A stretch of 53,192 bases of DNA from a virus. The position numbers were made by a program, and so were the translations under genes. Positions 52,297 through 53,192 of the stretch are shown in pieces. The notes below the pieces were generated by a model, which was not told the DNA's origin, made no database searches, and saw only the letters and a list, made by a program, of their open reading frames with translations. The DNA lies in the IMG/VR virus record IMGVR_UViG_3300045988_066337. One strand, 5' to 3'. How positions within the stretch are numbered: the stretch's first letter is position 1; each line of letters opens with the position of its first letter.

Positions 52297-52828
52297 CTGT
52301 TATATCCTCACAATCTTTTATTGCAGATTTTATTATCCAACCTGTCCATTTTATATTCTGTATTTTAGTTTTAACCTCTTCTAAATGTTCTCGGAGTTCA
52401 TCTTCTGTATCAAAAGGATTTATATAAGCGTGTTGTCCACATTCTGGGCCTAACCCATATAATCTAGATACAGGATTAGTAAGAGGTTTACCACATTTCA
52501 TGCAGATATCTGTTTTTTCTATATCCCCAAAACATTCCGCATATATCATACCTCGTGTCTGTTTAATAACTTTAGCTGTCATTCGGACAAATGGCATCGG
52601 TATATCATTATTCCATTTGTACATGAAATCAAAATCTCTATTGGACTTTTGTGTCATGTATTTTTTAACTGTTATCCTATACAATTTATTATTTTCAAAC
52701 TTGCTGGATACAGATTCTTGTTTAACCGAATTGTCCGATTTATTTGAATTGAGGGTGAACGTGAATTGTTCACCCTGTATGAACTCCATGTCTTCAAATC
52801 TGTGTATTTTACTGAATATGCTTTTCAT
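52289..52828 (-). CDS. Protein with a C-terminal DUF6011-type zinc ribbon
   Basis: CMKCGKPLTNPVSRLYGLGPECGQH. Confidence 0.5.
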   Translation of the reverse strand: MKSIFSKIHRFEDMEFIQGEQFTFTLNSNKSDNSVKQESVSSKFENNKLYRITVKKYMTQKSNRDFDFMYKWNNDIPMPFVRMTAKVIKQTRGMIYAECFGDIEKTDICMKCGKPLTNPVSRLYGLGPECGQHAYINPFDTEDELREHLEEVKTKIQNIKWTGWIIKSAIKDCEDITDE

Positions 52829-53102
52829 TTTCAGTTATCCTTTCGACTTGATTTTGTGTAAAAAATGCAGAATCCTTTAAAAAATATCTGCCATTATCTA
52901 TAATTTCTGTGGTCCCGTCTTCCTTTTCCACCTCAACCTTTTTACTGGATTTTTTCCATATAGATATCTTATGTTGGGATTTTTCTCCATGTTTAACCTT
53001 GAATCCTAAATTTTTCCACTGACTATAAGTATGTAACACTACTAAATCGGGATCTAAACCATGTAGATTCATATATGTAAGTATAATTTCATTATTAGTC
53101 AC
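52809..53102 (-). CDS. ArdC-N-like ssDNA-binding domain protein
   Basis: HTYSQWKNLGFKVKHGEKSQHKISIW resembles the ArdC N-terminal motif. AGGAGG-8 nt-GTG favours a start at 53102 (ORF track gives 53111); the start lies inside the terminal repeat. Confidence 0.4.
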   Translation of the reverse strand: MTNNEIILTYMNLHGLDPDLVVLHTYSQWKNLGFKVKHGEKSQHKISIWKKSSKKVEVEKEDGTTEIIDNGRYFLKDSAFFTQNQVERITENEKHIQ

Positions 53103-53192
53103 GTGAAACACCTCCTATCATTTTTTCTTTAACTTGTGTATATATTATAACTTATTGTAACACATAAATCAAGAGTTTTACAAAAAAAAAAG
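53094..53192. repeat. Second copy of the 99-bp terminal repeat (contains the promoter copy at 53144-53172)
   Basis: Identical to 1-99. Confidence 0.95.

Noticed and set aside
1-53192. Search for tRNA, rRNA, tmRNA, integrase/attP, a CI/Cro switch, reverse transcriptase (retron/DGR) and transposase
   Set aside because: No cloverleaf-like GC-rich segments of about 75 nt were seen in the few intergenic gaps. No Tyr/Ser recombinase, RT (YxDD) or DDE motifs were recognised in any ORF. Absence by eye is not proof, so tRNAscan and hmmscan should confirm it.

Overview
The window is one complete, circularly closed genome of a tailed dsDNA phage. Bases 1-99 are identical to 53094-53192, so the unit length is 53,093 bp. 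It is AT-rich, with three visibly GC-richer islands at about 4.36-5.68 kb, 39.8-43.2 kb and 46.7-47.25 kb. All of the roughly 90 credible genes lie on the minus strand. They are tightly packed, use AGGAGG-type ribosome-binding sites and often overlap as ATGA or TAATG, which fits a low-GC Gram-positive host. I saw no tRNA, rRNA, CRISPR array, integrase or obvious repressor, so the phage is probably virulent.

In transcription order (descending coordinates) the genome reads as follows:
- Early and nucleotide-metabolism genes: ArdC-N-like protein, DUF6011 protein, PD-(D/E)XK nuclease, divergent ThyX, HD hydrolase.
- A bacterial-type clamp loader: DnaX, delta-prime-like and delta-like subunits.
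- Small genes plus an ADP-ribosylglycohydrolase.
- TerS and TerL.
- A GC-rich block between TerL and the portal gene: tail fibre, CBM5/12 protein, holin, NDT/DUF4406-like protein and amidase.
- The head and tail genes: portal, MuF-like head protein, scaffold, capsid, connectors, major tail, TMP, Dit and a Gp37-like tail protein.
- A sigma region-4-like regulator.
- An insulated seven-gene unit of unknown function.
- SNF2 helicase.
- The replication module: initiator with in-gene iterons, loader, DnaB, primase, SSB-like protein and family-A polymerase.
- A 7-deazaguanine DNA-modification cluster (DpdA, guanine-deaminase-like protein, QueC, QueD, QueE, FolE) plus a beta clamp.
- The recombination module: Cas4-like nuclease, RuvC, RecA, Cys-rich proteins and a MazZ-like dNTP pyrophosphohydrolase.
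- A terminal accessory cassette: DUF4417 and a papain-fold toxin-like protein.

The observations I rate highest:
1. Six perfect DnaA boxes lie in the only large non-coding gap of the late operon (37.03-37.14 kb).
2. The 5' leader of the replication module contains two interleaved, mutually exclusive long stems. Both mismatches in one stem become G-U pairs only on the sense strand (20.64-20.79 kb).
3. A GuaD-type deaminase sits inside the dPreQ0 cluster, and MazZ-like and NDT-like genes lie elsewhere. Together they suggest a dG-catabolic route.
4. A conserved ATGTGTTACAAT promoter box is reused about ten times in two different promoter registers.
5. Two promoter/terminator-insulated cassettes have unknown function.

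All homology calls come from motifs I recognise by eye and memory. No search or computation was run.
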